A DNA stretch of 64,000 nucleotides from assembly GCA_965645245.1 (NCBI GenBank), contig OZ287077.1:1426001-1490000 (forward strand), in the 5' to 3' direction. The position numbers and the translations under genes are program-made. Under the pieces are notes generated by a model. It saw only the letters and a program-made list of their open reading frames with translations, had not been told where the DNA came from and ran no database searches. Origin of the DNA: Massalongia carnosa (lineage: Eukaryota). Every line of letters begins with the position of its first letter. Position 1 is the stretch's first letter. Of this stretch, positions 63,212 to 64,000 are shown piece by piece.

Positions 63212-64000
63212 ATGAATCAATCGGCTGGAACATTAGGCCAAGAGGCAGTCTCCTTCGACTACCATACCGAAGAAAGTAATGGGACGCTCAGCATTTACTC
63301 TGATGCTTCCAAGACAAGTATCCGAGACGAGGACATTGTGGCTGTCCTGGAGAATAATAGGCCATCCGAAACTCTAACCCGTACCCCAGGAGGTCACTAT
63401 ATTTTGCGAGTGTTGAAGCCGGAAGATTCGAACCTATCACGGAAGGCGACGCTGGAGTTGCTACAAGTGAGCAATCTACCACCGAGTTTTCTAGAAGCAC
63501 ATCCACGGTCGCGCTGCCCATTACACTTGCAGACTCCTTGGTACCATGACAAAACGCCAAATTTGCATATTATCATCTCAACAGGATCTGGTATCAGCGA
63601 GGCCCGTCTGTTTTTCGATGATATTTTGAAAGAGGTTTTGCTGACATTGGGGATCAATGATGACTCGTATATGCTCCACACAACCGAGTCCGAGAAATCC
63701 ATCTCGGATTTAACTCGTTCAGTCTTCCTGCCACGTAGTAATGAGGGAGTGGCTCAGACGATTCTGCTTATATCTGGCGACGGCGGTGTAGCTGACATTC
63801 TCAATGAGTTGCTTTTATACTCACGAAAAGATGCTTATGTAAAACCAGTCATCGGACTGTTACCTCTCGGCACAGGAAATGCTTTGGCCAATTCTACAGG
63901 CCTCAACCGTGGCTCCACCAGAGGCCTGCGATCTCTGCTCACGGGAAAGCCTTATAGTCTTCCCACGTTCGCTGCAACATTCTCGCCTGGATCTGAACTC
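63212..64000 (+). CDS. Diacylglycerol/sphingoid kinase catalytic-domain protein (5' part, runs off the window)
   Basis: Open frame from ATG 63212: LHIIISTGSG, LLISGDGGVADILN, GLLPLGTGNALANS. Confidence 0.85.
   Translation, partial: MNQSAGTLGQEAVSFDYHTEESNGTLSIYSDASKTSIRDEDIVAVLENNRPSETLTRTPGGHYILRVLKPEDSNLSRKATLELLQVSNLPPSFLEAHPRSRCPLHLQTPWYHDKTPNLHIIISTGSGISEARLFFDDILKEVLLTLGINDDSYMLHTTESEKSISDLTRSVFLPRSNEGVAQTILLISGDGGVADILNELLLYSRKDAYVKPVIGLLPLGTGNALANSTGLNRGSTRGLRSLLTGKPYSLPTFAATFSPGSEL

Overview
Gene-dense, intron-rich genomic DNA of a filamentous ascomycete (Pezizomycotina, inferred from short GT-AG introns with CTRAC/CTAAT branch points and Aspergillus-like proteins; a lichen-forming lineage is plausible but not demonstrable here). 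About 18 intact genes: ENP1/bystin, hacA/HAC1 with its 20-nt IRE1-type intron, THR4, acid trehalase, NSE1, a 4-exon DUF427 gene absent from the ORF track, an aromatic-amino-acid decarboxylase, GCV2, MZM1, ZUO1, DID2, an EMC10-like gene, a Rossmann-fold protein, VIP1, UTP21, an XPG/PIN-like protein, two conserved hypotheticals, and the 5' part of a DAG/sphingoid-kinase-like gene. Two complete DNA transposons: a pogo/Tigger-like element (25-bp perfect TIRs, TA duplication) and a Mutator-like element (about 68-bp TIRs, 9-bp TSD). The Mutator element sits inside a heavily decayed SAD-1/RRP-like RNA-dependent RNA polymerase pseudogene. Two more pseudogenes of secreted proteins lie near the right end. 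Main observations: loss of an RNA-silencing RdRP, a RIP-like C-to-T pattern apparently biased to CpC, dual coding in hacA with a truncated induced-form tail, recurrent C-rich/G-rich skew blocks, and a recurrent intergenic TAC(A/G)GAGTA motif. No CRISPR, rRNA or complete tRNA was seen. Family assignments come from motif recognition by eye, not database searches.
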